Notes: a model not told the origin generated them from the letters alone. A stretch of 64,000 bases of DNA from an uncultured delta proteobacterium (GCA_963847445.1 CAWJZV010000034.1:224001-288000), one strand, 5' to 3'; counted from the first letter of the stretch, positions 11,450 through 23,073 are shown. Numbers and translations: made by a program.

Positions 11450-12273
11450 ATGAAACGACGTAGTTTTATTGGCGCGCTTACGAGCTTTCTGCTCTTGCCG
11501 CTGCGTGAAATCGTCGAGGCGGTGTGCAATCCGTCGGTGGTGCACTTCTTTCATCATGGACGCCAACTGGTTCAGGCGCGCGGTAATAACGGCAAAAGCC
11601 TGGCTCTGGGCTCTTATTTTCTCCAGTGGTACGGCCATTCGAGTTTTTTGATTCACTCGGGCAGCCAAACCAAAGTCGTCGCCGATCCCAATTTCAATGT
11701 CACCCCGGGGATTCAAGCCGACGCGGTGACCATCAGCAACGATCACTTCACCCATAACAACACCGGCGCGGTGACCGGCAATCCGGTGATTTTGCGCGGC
11801 ATCACTTTTAAGCAGACCTGGCAGCCGATTCGCACCAGCGTAAAAGATATCACCATCGTCAATATCCCGAGCCAGCGCAGCGCCAACTGGGGCGCCATCG
11901 CTAATTCCATATTCGTTTACGAAATGGGCAGCTTATGCCTGGCCCATCTGGGCAACATCGGCCACTTGCTTACCGACGAGCAGGTCAAGGTGCTGCAGCG
12001 CGTTGACGTCATGATGGTGCCCATCGATGCGATGACCAATCTGGGTTTCGAAGACGTCATCAAGGTGATCGACCAGGTGAAGCCGCCGATTGTGATTCCG
12101 ATGCATTACGATATCGCGCGCCAGGCCGAGCTGTTTGCCGTCTTCGCCAAAGAGCACTACCCGGTCAAACGTCGTCGCGGAGTCGCAACTTACTTTAAAT
12201 CGTTCGATGCTCCCGAAAACGACCGAGGTTTATGTGCTCGCCCATCCCCGTTCCACAGGCTTTCGGCGACTGA
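11450..12273 (+). CDS. Tat-exported MBL-fold hydrolase (3' end uncertain, frameshift)
   Basis: KRRSFIG twin-arginine signal, WYGHSSFLI, VVADP, HLGNIG and IPMHY. Confidence 0.75.
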
Positions 12274-12328
12274 AACGTTGCGGTTCATTTCTTTTATGGC
12301 CGCTCGCACAAAGCGCCGCGAATTTCGG

Positions 12329-12357
12329 TTGATGTTTGTCTGCTTGTGGCTTATAAT
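12329..12357 (+). promoter_or_regulatory. Putative sigma70 promoter for dksA-galU-tRNA
   Basis: TTGATG-17bp-TATAAT. Confidence 0.6.
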
Positions 12358-12375
12358 ACCGAGAATTCGTTACAG

Positions 12376-12750
12376 GTGCTTTTTGGACACTAAAGACCAC
12401 CACATATTTTCGCAAGATGTTGAGCGAGCGCATCGAAGAGTTGCGCACCGAGGCCGGCAAAACCGTCGGGACCATGGACGAAGAAGAAAACTTCCCCGAT
12501 CCCATCCGACCGGGCGTCGATGGAGTCCAACCGCAACTCGATGCTGCGCATGCGCGACCGCGAGCGCAAACTCATTTTCAAGATTCAAGAAGCCCTGGAG
12601 CGTCTCGAAGCCGGCACATACGGCATCTGTGAAAAGTGCGATGAAGAGATCGGCATCGCCCGGCTCAAAGCCCGCCCGGTGACGACACTGTGCATCCAGT
12701 GCAAGTCCGACCAGGAAGTCGAAGAAAGAAAGGCTAAGCGGGTCCTCTGA
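12376..12750 (+). CDS. dksA: DksA / TraR C4 zinc-finger protein (frameshifted, start approximate)
   Basis: FPDP, RDRERKLIFKI, YGICEKC, RLKARPVTTLCIQC. Confidence 0.88.
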
Positions 12751-12767
12751 CCGGCAATTTCACTCCT

Positions 12768-13631
12768 ATGAAACTTCGCAAAGCGGTTATTCCCGTGGCT
12801 GGGCTGGGCACGCGCTTCTTGCCGGCAACCAAAACCGTGCCCAAGGAGCTGCTGCCGATCGTCGATATCCCGTCGATCCAGTATGTCGTCCAAGAGGCGG
12901 TGGACGCCGGCATCGAAGAGATCATCTTCGTCACCGGCCGCGGCAAAGACAGCATCGAAGATCATTTCGATGAAGCGCCTGAATTGGAGCAGTTGCTTGC
13001 CGCCCGCGGCAACCATGAGATGGCTCAGACTTTGCGCAAAATCGCCGAGATGACCGAAGTGGTTTCGGTGCGGCAGAAAAAGCCATTGGGCCTCGGTCAC
13101 GCGGTGCTGTGCGCCCGCGATTTGGTTGGCGATGAGCCATTTGCGGTGATGCTTGCCGATGACTTGATCGAGTCCGAAGTGCCGGGTATTCGCCAGTTAA
13201 TCGATATTTTTGAAGAGACTGCCGAATCAGTAATTGCGCTCATGGAGGTGCCCCAAGCGGAGGTGCATCAATACGGCGTGATTAAAGGGCGGGAAATAAA
13301 AAAGCGGCTCTACCAGGTCGAAGCGACCGTGGAAAAACCGTTGGCAAAGGATGCGCCGTCGCGCATGGCGATCATCGGCCGCTATGTGCTGCGGCCGGAG
13401 ATCTTTCAAATTTTAAAAAACCTACCTCCAGGGCGGGGCGGTGAGATCCAGCTCACTGATGGCCTATCGCAATTGGTTCGTGAACGGAAAATATTTGGCT
13501 GCGAGTTCGTCGGCGACCGGTACGATATCGGCGACAAATTCGGTTTTGTCCGGGCGACGGTGGCTTATGCGTTGAAAAGGCCAGACCTTAGAGATAAAGT
13601 GCTGGAGTATTTGAAATCCATCAAAAACTAG
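12768..13631 (+). CDS. galU: UTP-glucose-1-phosphate uridylyltransferase
   Basis: KAVIPVAGLGTRFLPATK, LGLGHAV, VEKP and GEIQLTD. Confidence 0.96.
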   Translation: MKLRKAVIPVAGLGTRFLPATKTVPKELLPIVDIPSIQYVVQEAVDAGIEEIIFVTGRGKDSIEDHFDEAPELEQLLAARGNHEMAQTLRKIAEMTEVVSVRQKKPLGLGHAVLCARDLVGDEPFAVMLADDLIESEVPGIRQLIDIFEETAESVIALMEVPQAEVHQYGVIKGREIKKRLYQVEATVEKPLAKDAPSRMAIIGRYVLRPEIFQILKNLPPGRGGEIQLTDGLSQLVRERKIFGCEFVGDRYDIGDKFGFVRATVAYALKRPDLRDKVLEYLKSIKN

Positions 13632-13708
<77 letters not shown>

Positions 13709-13951
13709 AATTCTTCTTTCAATCCCGCTACTAGTCAAATAATGGAGGCGCTCCCCTGCTACCCGCAGGCAGTCGCCATAGGGATCAATCTACCCGCATC
13801 TGTTACTAAGCCTCGCCAAACTGGTTCGTCCTTCGCCGTGGTCTCGCCGCAGTCGCATTGTTCTTATTACCGAATTGACATAACTCCTGGGCTATGAAAA
13901 TAGGATCGGGAATTTTCATGACGGTACGATAACCATCGCGCGGGGGAAACC

Positions 13952-14220
13952 ATGTTGCCGGTGGTGTTTATGGCGTCGGTCGGCCGCTTGGGGCCGATGG
14001 AGCTGGACCAGCGGCAAATCGAAGAAATGTTCGGCGCAGTCGCTATTTGCCGTGGCGATCTTGGCCAATCTCAAGTTTAGCCTCGGCGAGGCTGTGGTCA
14101 TATTCTTGTTGTTTGCGACTCAACCGTTATTCCCGGATCCGTAATTTCGCTTCTATTATTCGATTCTCTATATCATCCTGGCCCTAGGCATGATGGCGCT
14201 GAGAAAGGATTCGCCAAGGC
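13952..14220 (+). pseudogene. 3' remnant of a Na+/Ca2+ exchanger-like membrane protein
   Basis: MLPVVFMASVGRLGPMELDQRQIEEMF / AQSLFAVAILANLKFSLGEAVVIFLLFATQ, with a frame break and an in-frame TAA near 14142; no 5' part. Confidence 0.55.
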
Positions 14221-14350
14221 GTGTTCGGGTTGTTCGCTCGCGGCGCGCCGGTATTGAAGAAGCACTAGACTTGGATCGACTGGCATGTCAGCCTGAGCGT
14301 CAATAGGCATCGGTGCGCCGGCGTTTTTTAGCTGGCGGAAGGTCTAAGTC

Positions 14351-14665
14351 ATGGCAATGAAACCGACAGGAATCATCCGGCAGTTGGGCTGGCGCAAATT
14401 CTTTCAGCTGCTTACCCATCTGCCGAGCTTCGTAAAACTGTTCTCACGCTTGATCAAAGACCCAAGGGTTTCTACCAGCCCAAAACTGGTTGTCGCTGGC
14501 ATCCTGGCCTATGTCATCTTGCCGACCGATCTGCTGCCGGATTTTCTTATCGGGGTCGGTCAGATGGACGACCTTGCGGTCATCCTCGGCGGCTTAAAAT
14601 TATTTCTCCGTCTGTGTCCTAGTGAAGTCGTGCAGGAACACTTGAATTCGATCACACAGGGTTAA
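14351..14665 (+). CDS. DUF1232 (YkvA) family membrane protein
   Basis: YVILPTDLLPDFLIGVGQMDD signature. Confidence 0.85.
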   Translation: MAMKPTGIIRQLGWRKFFQLLTHLPSFVKLFSRLIKDPRVSTSPKLVVAGILAYVILPTDLLPDFLIGVGQMDDLAVILGGLKLFLRLCPSEVVQEHLNSITQG

Positions 14666-14748
14666 CCCAGCGCAGTGATTATTGCGGGAGAATGGCGAAA
14701 TTCGCGCCGGAATGATTTCCGGCGAGTTCTGGGAAACTTACCGGCGGG

Positions 14749-14961
14749 TTAGTGCTTAGCCGCGGCGGGCTTTTCTTCCTTGATATTGTCGTGGATCATG
14801 CGTGGCACGCCGCCGCAGTTGAAGCAGCGGGGCGGTTCATGCTTGGTTTCACCTTCGGGGTAGCGCATGAAGCGTTTGTAGAAAGGCTTTTCCGTGCCGA
14901 CAAAGTCGTCGTAATAAAAAGCCAGTTTGCCGCACTCGCTGCATTGTAGATACTTCGCCAT
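14749..14961 (-). CDS. Small CxxC...CxxC metal-binding protein
   Basis: MAKYLQCSECG...RCFNCGG; AGGAG upstream of the ATG at 14961. Confidence 0.65.
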   Translation of the reverse strand: MAKYLQCSECGKLAFYYDDFVGTEKPFYKRFMRYPEGETKHEPPRCFNCGGVPRMIHDNIKEEKPAAAKH

Positions 14962-15177
14962 CTTCGATTCTCCTGAAATCTCGCCCTCGCGGTAGGCAGA
15001 AGAATACTCACGAACTCTGCCAAGGTCAATGACGGCGGCCGCCGCGGGGTTGAGAATTAATATGATTTGATGCATGGCTTACTATGCATGGGCGACGCCG
15101 CCGCAAATTCAGGGTTGCCGCATGAGTGATTTCAACCGTTTCATCAATCATTAACACACTAAGGGAGGGTCGAGACT

Positions 15178-15780
15178 ATGGCGATCAAATTGTTTAATTC
15201 TCAAACTTCGATGTTTTGCGAAAAGGTCCGGGTGGTCTTTGCGCTGAAGAAGGTGCCCTACGAAGTCATTGACGTGCGCGCCGACGAGCGCAAGTCATTG
15301 CTCGAATACACCAATCAGCGCAAAGTGCCGACGGTCAATTACAACGGCGAGTGTGTGATCGACTCGACGGTGATCTCAGCGCGGCTGGAAAAAGATCATC
15401 CGCAGAACAGCATTTACCCGGAAGGCGCCAATAACAAGGGGCTTTGCCTGGCCATCGAAGACTGGTCCGACGAAGTTTTGATTCACGCCAATCACGCCAT
15501 GCGGCGCGCCGATAATCCGGACGCAAAACAAAAGGCCGAAACCGAGTGGGATAACCACTTCAAAACCCTCGACCAGATGTATACCGGCAAGAAATTCATC
15601 TTCGACAACAGGATGACCATTGCCGACATCTCAATCTTCTCGGAGCTGCACTATCTGTACACCGCGGTGAAATACGATATCCCGGCGCAGTATAAAAACG
15701 TCCACGCGTTTCTGGAAAACATGCGCCAGACCTTGAAGCTCAAATCCTTGGCCGACAGCTTCGACGCGCCCTCGCTCTAG
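15178..15780 (+). CDS. Glutathione S-transferase family protein
   Basis: SMFCEKVR, KVPT, IDSTVI and TIADI GST motifs. Confidence 0.85.
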   Translation: MAIKLFNSQTSMFCEKVRVVFALKKVPYEVIDVRADERKSLLEYTNQRKVPTVNYNGECVIDSTVISARLEKDHPQNSIYPEGANNKGLCLAIEDWSDEVLIHANHAMRRADNPDAKQKAETEWDNHFKTLDQMYTGKKFIFDNRMTIADISIFSELHYLYTAVKYDIPAQYKNVHAFLENMRQTLKLKSLADSFDAPSL

Positions 15781-15788
15781 GATCGGGT

Positions 15789-16031
15789 ATGAAGACCGAC
15801 GTAATCGTGCCGCGCTTGGGTTCGAGCGACGAGAGTGACGAGGTGAGAATCCTGCGCTGGATCAAGACCCCTGGAGCTGCGGTGAAAAGGGGCGAGGCGC
15901 TGCTCGAAGTCGAAACCGACAAAGTCAACGTCGAGATCGAAGCACCGGCGGATGGCATCTTGGGTGAGGTAAGCGCCAAAGAGGGCGACTTCATCAAATT
16001 CGGCGCTGCGGTTGCGGTTATCGATAAATGA
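15789..16031 (+). CDS. Stand-alone lipoyl-carrier domain protein
   Basis: LLEVETDKVNVEIEAPADG lipoylation motif; 80 aa with its own stop. Confidence 0.85.
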   Translation: MKTDVIVPRLGSSDESDEVRILRWIKTPGAAVKRGEALLEVETDKVNVEIEAPADGILGEVSAKEGDFIKFGAAVAVIDK

Positions 16032-16250
16032 TTCCGCATGGAAACATCTCTGCCCGGTTGGTGCGGGCGGTCCCCGCCGGCGCTGATCGGGCAGAGATAG
16101 GCTAATTTATTGTTCATTCCAGCAGTTACCGAAAATCACTTTGTTTGCTCTGTTCTCATTGATGACCGGCGCTAATGCTTCTCTAGCGCGGCTAGATGCA
16201 TTGGCTTGGGTTGTGCCGATGGCGGGTCAGCATCGCGGCAACGGGTACTG

Positions 16251-18032
16251 ATGGAAGCGCGCTTCGCACAACTCCTGACCCGCACTTGCCTTATCGGTTG
16301 CCTGCTCGGTGTGGCGGGCTCGGTTTACTTGTTGGCCGGCCTGGCCGGTTTGGTTCACAGTTTGGTGCTCAATCTCGCTATCGCCGCGGTTCTCGTAGTG
16401 GCGCTGCTGTTTTTCCTGTGCAACTTCCTGGTAGCCTTCGCTCAGACCAACTGGGTCGGACGCGGTATCTGGCTGGCGATCTTAGCGATTTTGCTGGTCG
16501 AATGCCTGCTCGGGTTCCTGCCGCCGACCAGCCGAGATGAGTTGACCCATCATCTGGCGATACCCAAGCTCTACGCCGATGCCGGGCGCATCATCGAAGT
16601 GCCGGTGGCGCCTTACGCCTACTATCCAATGCTGGTCGACATGCTCTACACGCCGTGGATTTATTGGGGCCTTGATTTTGTCCCCAAGTGGATTCACGCG
16701 CTCTACGGCGCGCTCACTGGCCTGCTGATCTACGCGTATCTGGGCTGGCGCATGAACGGGCTGTACGGTTTAATCGGCGCCTTTTTCTTTTTGTCGACGC
16801 CGGTGATCCTGCGTCTCAGCCACTGGGGCTATATCGATCTCGGCATTACTTTTTACACCACCGCGGCGCTGCTGTTGCTGTTGCGCTGGCGGGAAAATAG
16901 AAACGCTTTGGGCGAGCTGGCATTGGCCGGGCTATCGTTGGGATTTGCTCTGGCCACCAAGCCCAACGGTCTGGTGGCGGCACTGATTATCGTCATGCTG
17001 TTTGCTTTGGTGTTGGCCAAACCGCCGCGCAAAAGTTTATTCGCGTCGATTCAAGAATCAGCGCTATTCGGCGCCTTGACGCTACTGCCGTTCTTACCCT
17101 GGTTGCTCAAGAACTGGTGGCAAACTGGCAATCCCTTTTACCCGTTCTTTCCCGGATGGTTTCACGCGAAAGCTGCCGCGGCTCCGGACACCGCCAGCTT
17201 TGCCGGCATCGGCATCTTCGACAAGCGCGAACTCTTGTACGGCGAAAACATCTGGCAGATCGTCACACTGCCGCTACGGCTGTTCTTTTCCGGCCAGGAC
17301 GATAACCCGCAATACTTTGACGGCGTGTTGACGCCGTTGCTGATCTTATTGTTGCCCTGGGTTTTCACGGGCAAGTGGCCGGAGGACAAGAAATTGCTCG
17401 CCGGTTTTTCCCTGTTGTCGCTACTCTATGCGGTCTTTTTGGTCGATCTGCGGGTGCGCTACGTGTTGTCGATTGTCCCGCCGCTGGCGATCCTAGCCGT
17501 TTACGGGGTGTTCAATATTTATACCCGGATCAAGCGGCCGGCGCTTTTATTTGCCGGCTTATTACTGTTCGCCATTTGGCATGGTGCTTTTCTGTGGAAG
17601 TATGTCGCGGCGGCCGCTCCATGGCCTTATCTAATTGGCGCGGAGAGCCGTGATGGCTATCTTTCACGAACGCTGCCGGAGTATCCGACGTTTCGCTATA
17701 TCAACCGGGAAACGCCGGCAAATGCGAAAATTTATCTTCTCTTTATCGGCCGGAGAGCGTATTATTGCCAGCGGAACTATTTCCACGATGGCGGTGAACT
17801 TCCCGGATTTCTTTTAGCCGCGATTCGCAACGCGAAAGACATCGCACAGTTAGAACAGTCGCTCAGGGGAAACCAGATCACCCATCTCATGCTGCGCGAG
17901 GATCTCCTGAGCGGTTTTCTAGGTAACAATCTCACCACGGATCAAGCACGGCGGTGGAACGAATTTGCCACGAACCGGTTGCAGCTCAACTTCCGTGAGC
18001 GCGGCTACGCACTCTATCAATTGAATGGCTAA
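16251..18032 (+). CDS. Polytopic GT-C-fold (ArnT/PMT-like) glycosyltransferase
   Basis: Many TM segments, DELTHHLAIPK loop, ATK, TGNPFYP. Confidence 0.7.
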   Translation: MEARFAQLLTRTCLIGCLLGVAGSVYLLAGLAGLVHSLVLNLAIAAVLVVALLFFLCNFLVAFAQTNWVGRGIWLAILAILLVECLLGFLPPTSRDELTHHLAIPKLYADAGRIIEVPVAPYAYYPMLVDMLYTPWIYWGLDFVPKWIHALYGALTGLLIYAYLGWRMNGLYGLIGAFFFLSTPVILRLSHWGYIDLGITFYTTAALLLLLRWRENRNALGELALAGLSLGFALATKPNGLVAALIIVMLFALVLAKPPRKSLFASIQESALFGALTLLPFLPWLLKNWWQTGNPFYPFFPGWFHAKAAAAPDTASFAGIGIFDKRELLYGENIWQIVTLPLRLFFSGQDDNPQYFDGVLTPLLILLLPWVFTGKWPEDKKLLAGFSLLSLLYAVFLVDLRVRYVLSIVPPLAILAVYGVFNIYTRIKRPALLFAGLLLFAIWHGAFLWKYVAAAAPWPYLIGAESRDGYLSRTLPEYPTFRYINRETPANAKIYLLFIGRRAYYCQRNYFHDGGELPGFLLAAIRNAKDIAQLEQSLRGNQITHLMLREDLLSGFLGNNLTTDQARRWNEFATNRLQLNFRERGYALYQLNG

Positions 18033-18912
18033 CCCGGTCGAAACCTCAATCATCGTTCCCGTCTACAACGAAGCGGCGAATCTGAAAAAACTCCTTGGCC
18101 AGATTCACGGGCTCGACTTGCCGGAATGCGAAATCATCGTCGTCGACGATGGGTCGAATGACCGCAGCGCGGAAATTGCCATGACGGCCGGCGCCAACGT
18201 CGTGCGTCATCCTTACAACATCGGTAACGGCGCCGCGATAAAAAGCGGCATGCGCGTGGCTAAAGGCAAGTTCATAGTATTGATGGACGGCGATGGCCAG
18301 CACAAGCCCGAGGATATCCCCAAGCTGTTGGCCGCAGCAGAGATTTATCACATGGTCGTTGGCGCACGCGCCAAAGGGTCGAAGCTCCGCCTGCACCGCA
18401 ACTTGGCCAACATGGTTTACAATCTTTTGGCTTCCTACGTGACCCGGTTCAAGGTGGAGGATCTGACTTCAGGGTTTCGAGTGATGCGCCGGCGCGACGC
18501 GCTGCGCTTCATCGATTTGCTGCCCAACACGTTTTCGTATCCGACGACACTGACGCTGGCCTTTCTGCGTTCCGGGCTGACCGTCAAGTATGTGCCGATC
18601 CAGACCCTTTACCGCGCCGGCCAGAGTAAGATCAGCCTGGTGACCGACGGTATTTTATTCCTGCTGATCATCACCAAGATCGCCACGTTGTTCTCGCCAT
18701 TTCGAGTTTTCCTGCCGGTGAGTGTGTTTTTCTTTCTCGGCGGCCTTGGCAATTACATTTACACTTACGTCACGCAGAATCGTTTCACCAACATGTCGGT
18801 GTTCGCCTTGAGCACGGCGGTGATTATTTTCATGTTGGGTTTGGTCTCCGAACAGATTGCCCTCTTGCGCATGGAGCGCCAGGAGAGCGGGCGGCGGCGG
18901 GACGATGGATGA
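18025..18912 (+). CDS. GT2 polyprenol-phosphate glycosyltransferase-like
   Basis: IIVPVYNEA, VDDGS, MDGDGQH and DLTSGFR; two C-terminal TM helices. Confidence 0.88.
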   Translation: MANPVETSIIVPVYNEAANLKKLLGQIHGLDLPECEIIVVDDGSNDRSAEIAMTAGANVVRHPYNIGNGAAIKSGMRVAKGKFIVLMDGDGQHKPEDIPKLLAAAEIYHMVVGARAKGSKLRLHRNLANMVYNLLASYVTRFKVEDLTSGFRVMRRRDALRFIDLLPNTFSYPTTLTLAFLRSGLTVKYVPIQTLYRAGQSKISLVTDGILFLLIITKIATLFSPFRVFLPVSVFFFLGGLGNYIYTYVTQNRFTNMSVFALSTAVIIFMLGLVSEQIALLRMERQESGRRRDDG

Positions 18913-18918
18913 ATTCAA

Positions 18919-19683
18919 TTGGCGCAAACTTCCTTCGTTGCTGACAGAGCGAACGTTGTGAATCCACAGCTGAAGACTCAAAAGACTCCGGACGCAGCGA
19001 CGGTACGCGAATTCTACGAGCGGGTTTACTACGCCAACGCGACGGCGTCAGCGGCTATTCCGGCGCACTACCGGAGGCTTGCCAAGAAGCTTCAGCCGTG
19101 GAAGGGCCAGCGATTGCTCGACGTAGCCTGCGGCACAGGTCAGTGGCTTAATGCGGCTGCCGCGCTTGGCGCGGTGCCCGCCGGCATCGATATTTCCCAA
19201 ACAGCGCTCGATATTTGCCGCAAGACTCTACCTGACGGCGAGCTCCATTGCGGTCCGGCCGAGCAGCTACCGTTTGCCGACCGGCGGTTCGACGTTGTTT
19301 CATGTCTCGGCGCATTGGAACATTTCTTAGATCCGCACGCGGCGCTGCGCGAGATGGTCCGGGTGGCGAAACCGGGTGCGATATTCATTCTGCTCGTACC
19401 GAATGCGGGATTTTTGCCGTTGCGCTTGGGGCTCTATTCAGGAACGCAGCAAGCTGATGTTCGCGAAGAGGTGCGGTCGCTGTCGCAGTGGCGCGAACTT
19501 TTTGCAAGCGCCGGTCTCAGTGTGCGCCATCGCTGGCGCGATCTCCATGTTATCTCGCCGTCATGGATTTTTCGCGGACCTTGGTACGCATGGCCGGTGC
19601 GCGCCGCCCAAGCGTTCGCCCTACCTTTCTGGCCGCTGGATTGGCAGTATCAAGTTTATCATCTGTGCACGATCAAGCGTTGA
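18919..19683 (+). CDS. Class I SAM methyltransferase
   Basis: LLDVACGTG, AEQLPF, LEHF. Confidence 0.85.
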   Translation: MAQTSFVADRANVVNPQLKTQKTPDAATVREFYERVYYANATASAAIPAHYRRLAKKLQPWKGQRLLDVACGTGQWLNAAAALGAVPAGIDISQTALDICRKTLPDGELHCGPAEQLPFADRRFDVVSCLGALEHFLDPHAALREMVRVAKPGAIFILLVPNAGFLPLRLGLYSGTQQADVREEVRSLSQWRELFASAGLSVRHRWRDLHVISPSWIFRGPWYAWPVRAAQAFALPFWPLDWQYQVYHLCTIKR

Positions 19684-19694
19684 CTACCGCGAGC

Positions 19695-20877
19695 ATGGAG
19701 ATTCTCGTCATCACGTGGAATTATCCACCGCGGCAGGGAGGGATGGAGCAGCTGCTCGCCAGCGTGTGCGCTGGCTTGAGCAAAAATCATCGGGTGTCGG
19801 TGATCACGGCGTATGCCGATAAGCATTTCACAGCGGGCGAAGAGTCGGTTTTTCGGCCCGCGTCGCCCGGCCTCGTTCGCTACTTTCTCTTCGCATTTAC
19901 CAAAGGGTTCGCGCTACTGTGCGGCAACCGCAACATCTCCGTGGTTTTCGGCGGCAGTGTGTTAGTGACGCCGATTGTCTTGATACTGGCCCGCTTGTTT
20001 CGCCGTAAAGCGATCGTCCAAGCCCATGGCTTAGATCTGATCTATCGCAATTCAATCTATCAATTCTTCGTTGTCCGCGGGCTTCGCTATGTCGATCGCG
20101 TGATTGCCAACAGCCGTCACACGGCAAGGTTGGCTCAGCAGAAAGGTGTGACGGAGCGAGCGATAGAGATAATCCATCCCGGTGTCGACTGGCAGCGCTT
20201 CCAAGTGGCGGAGGACGCGGTAGCACTAAAGCAGACGCGGGGATTGGCGCACCGTAAAGTAATTCTTTTCGTCGGCCGGCTGGCCCGGCGCAAGGGCGTC
20301 AAAGAATTCATCGAGCATTCACTGGCCGATATCGTCACGCAAGTGCCTGAGGTTTGTTTTGTCATCGCCGGCGCCAATGCGGCGGAATCGTTGACCCAGC
20401 ACGAAGATGTCGCCGGCGAGATTCGCCGAGCGATCGAGCGCCATGATCTTTCCGAACAGTTGCGTTGGTTCGGCGCGGTCAGCGACGCCGAGCTGGCGCA
20501 GATTTATGCACTTTGCGATGTGCTCGTGTTGCCGGTTTTGGATCTGGATTCTGATGTCGAGGGCTTTGGCATGGTTGCCTTGGAAGCTGCAGCCGCGGGC
20601 AAGCCGGTAATCGCCACTCGTTGCGGCGGGATTCCTGACGCTGTTGAGCGACGGGGTGAGCGGCATTCTGGTGGAGCCGGGAGACTACCAGCGCTTGAGT
20701 GAGTCGATTGTTTCGTTGCTAAAGGATCCACAGATAGGCGCAGCGATGGGACAATCCGGCCGCCAACGCGCCGAGAAAGAGTTTACCTGGGGCTCGGTGG
20801 TGTCACGCTACGAAGCGACCTTCCGCGGTCTGAGTGAAGAAGCTAATCAGGATGCGCTTCCGATCTTCGACCTTTGA
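19695..20877 (+). CDS. GT4 glycosyltransferase (frameshift near 20650)
   Basis: YPPRQGGME, VGRLARRKG and EGFGMVALEA. Confidence 0.88.
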
Positions 20878-22010
20878 GTCTGGGAAAACTTCGTGCCGGA
20901 GATTTTTTCGAAGAATCTGCTCAGATGTGCCGCCGAGTCGGCCCAAGAGGGCGCATCGATTTGCGCCGCGGTCTTTTTTTCCAATTGTAACCGGATAGCG
21001 CTTGCCAAGCTCATTGAATCTTCAGGCTCAAAAAAGCAATCCGGATAATCCTTTAGCAACTCATTCATCGAGCCCACCGCGGCGGCGACCATCGGGACAC
21101 CGCAGGCGATGATTTCGTAAGCCTTTTGGGGGAAACTGTATTCGCCTTGAGCTGAACGGCGATAACATATGACGGCGAGATCGAGGGCATTTAAGAATAT
21201 CGGGACTCGTTCGTGGGGTAATGATTGAAAATCGTGAATCCGCGGTCCGCTCGGTATCTTTTGCTTCGGACTGCGTGCTCCAGCTAATGCTAAATGGAGC
21301 TCTGGCATTTCTTCCGCCAATGTCGCAAAGGCGGAGAATAGGGTGTCGATGCTACGGCTTGAATCAAGTGCTCCTGCGACGCCGATGATCTTGGCGGCGG
21401 CTGGCAGTGTCAAATCTCGCCGGCAAGTGCGTCCTGTCCCGCGGATAGAATAAATCCTTGCGCACACCGCTCAAGATCACAGCATGCGGATTCGTCACGG
21501 GATAGGTTTGCATGACATGGTCGGCCAGGCGTTGACTGAAGAAGGTGACCCCGTTCGGCTTTTTTTACCGCGCTGCGAAACATGGACAAGACGCCGGGCA
21601 ATTTGGTCGCGGAAAAAGCTTCGAAGTTGTCGTAAAGGTCGATCACCAAACCACAGTGAAACTCGCGGGCGAGGCGAGATCCCAAGATCGCGTGATAGGC
21701 GTCCGAACAAGCCCAGATGATATCAGGTCGAAATTCACCTATCAGTTGTCGCGCCTGGCGGAAATAGCCCGGCAATCCCGGCAAGACAGCCACGCATTAG
21801 ATTGACTGATTGCCACTCGACTTGGCCATCCCGCGAGGCGGTGCAGTCGATGACATGGGCTTCGTTACGCGCGCGGTAGCTTAAGCACAGGCCGTGAACC
21901 TGATGGCCGAGTCGCGCGAGCTCCAAGGGGAGCTCGCGGAATCTGCCGAAACGATCATCGAGGAGATCTTTGCCCATATACTGGCGTTTGGTGAGGACGA
22001 GGATTCTCAT
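20847..22010 (-). CDS. GT4 glycosyltransferase (frameshifted)
   Basis: ORF pieces 21735-22010, 21410-21793 and 20847-21467; FPQKAYEIIACG. Confidence 0.75.
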
Positions 22011-22173
22011 TACCGTTGGCTGGTCGATAGCGCTCGAAAGATGACCTTAATATACCGGAAGTGCCCAGGTGTTCAAAAAAAAATAGTAATCCACCGCCAC
22101 AGGACGTATAATAACCGTTATTACTGCGACGATATACGCTTAATGGGGCCTATAATCGCGGAAAGTTTGACCC

Positions 22174-23073
22174 ATGGAACAAACGATCCATTCTTCTACT
22201 CTTACCGCTCCCGTTGCACAGCCAGTTGAATCAAAACTTGTGGAGGTCGAGTATTCGCCCGCCGGCGTGAAACGCAACGGAGCAATTGGCTGGAGTCTAA
22301 TGGCTAAAGAGCTGGCCGATAACCGCCGGCTTATTTGGCTGCTGATGCGGCGGGACATTTCGGTGCGTTACCGGCAGTCGATCCTCGGCTACGTCTGGGC
22401 GATCGTGCCGCCACTTTTCACCGTCGCGACCTTCGCGTTTCTCAACGCGTCCCACGTCTTACCGATCGGCAATACCCGCATTCCCTACGTCGCCTTTGCA
22501 CTCTGGGGCTTGAGCGTGTGGCATCTCTTTGCCGGTTGTCTTAGCGCGTGCACCGCGAGTTTGGTCGCCAGCGGCGCCCTGGTGACCAAGGTGAGTTTCC
22601 CAAGGGAGACACTCGTCGTGGCGGCGCTCGGTCAACCGCTATTCGATTTCTGTGTGCGCTTGCTACCGGTTGTCGCGGTTTTCTTTTGGTACGGGGTGGT
22701 GCCTGAGTGGACTGTTGTATTTGTCCCGCTGATACTTCTGACGGTCATGCTATTAGCGTTGGGATTTGGATTTATCCTGGCGATTGCCAATCTTGTGTTC
22801 CGGGATACCGGCAATGCACTGGGAATGGCACTTACGGTCGGCATGTTTCTCACCCCCGTGCTTTACCCGGCGCCGGTGCGCTGGCCGTTTTTCATGGTTA
22901 ACGTCCTGAATCCGTTGAGCCCCTTTGTGACCGCTACCCAGGATCTGATCGCTATCGGATACGTAAGCAGACCGGCAATGTTGGCGGTGGCATGCTTGTT
23001 TTCGTTAGCCTTGGCCTTCGGCGGTTGGCGCGCTTTTCACGTCACGATTCCACGTGTCGCCGGCTACGCTTAA
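22174..23073 (+). CDS. wzm: Glycan ABC exporter permease Wzm
   Basis: RDISVRYRQSILGYVW, KVSFP, TPVLYP, LNPL. Confidence 0.9.
   Translation: MEQTIHSSTLTAPVAQPVESKLVEVEYSPAGVKRNGAIGWSLMAKELADNRRLIWLLMRRDISVRYRQSILGYVWAIVPPLFTVATFAFLNASHVLPIGNTRIPYVAFALWGLSVWHLFAGCLSACTASLVASGALVTKVSFPRETLVVAALGQPLFDFCVRLLPVVAVFFWYGVVPEWTVVFVPLILLTVMLLALGFGFILAIANLVFRDTGNALGMALTVGMFLTPVLYPAPVRWPFFMVNVLNPLSPFVTATQDLIAIGYVSRPAMLAVACLFSLALAFGGWRAFHVTIPRVAGYA

Noticed and set aside
11450-12682. 410-aa apparent MBL fusion extending over dksA
   Set aside because: Frameshift artefact; dksA has its own promoter-like sequence and frame
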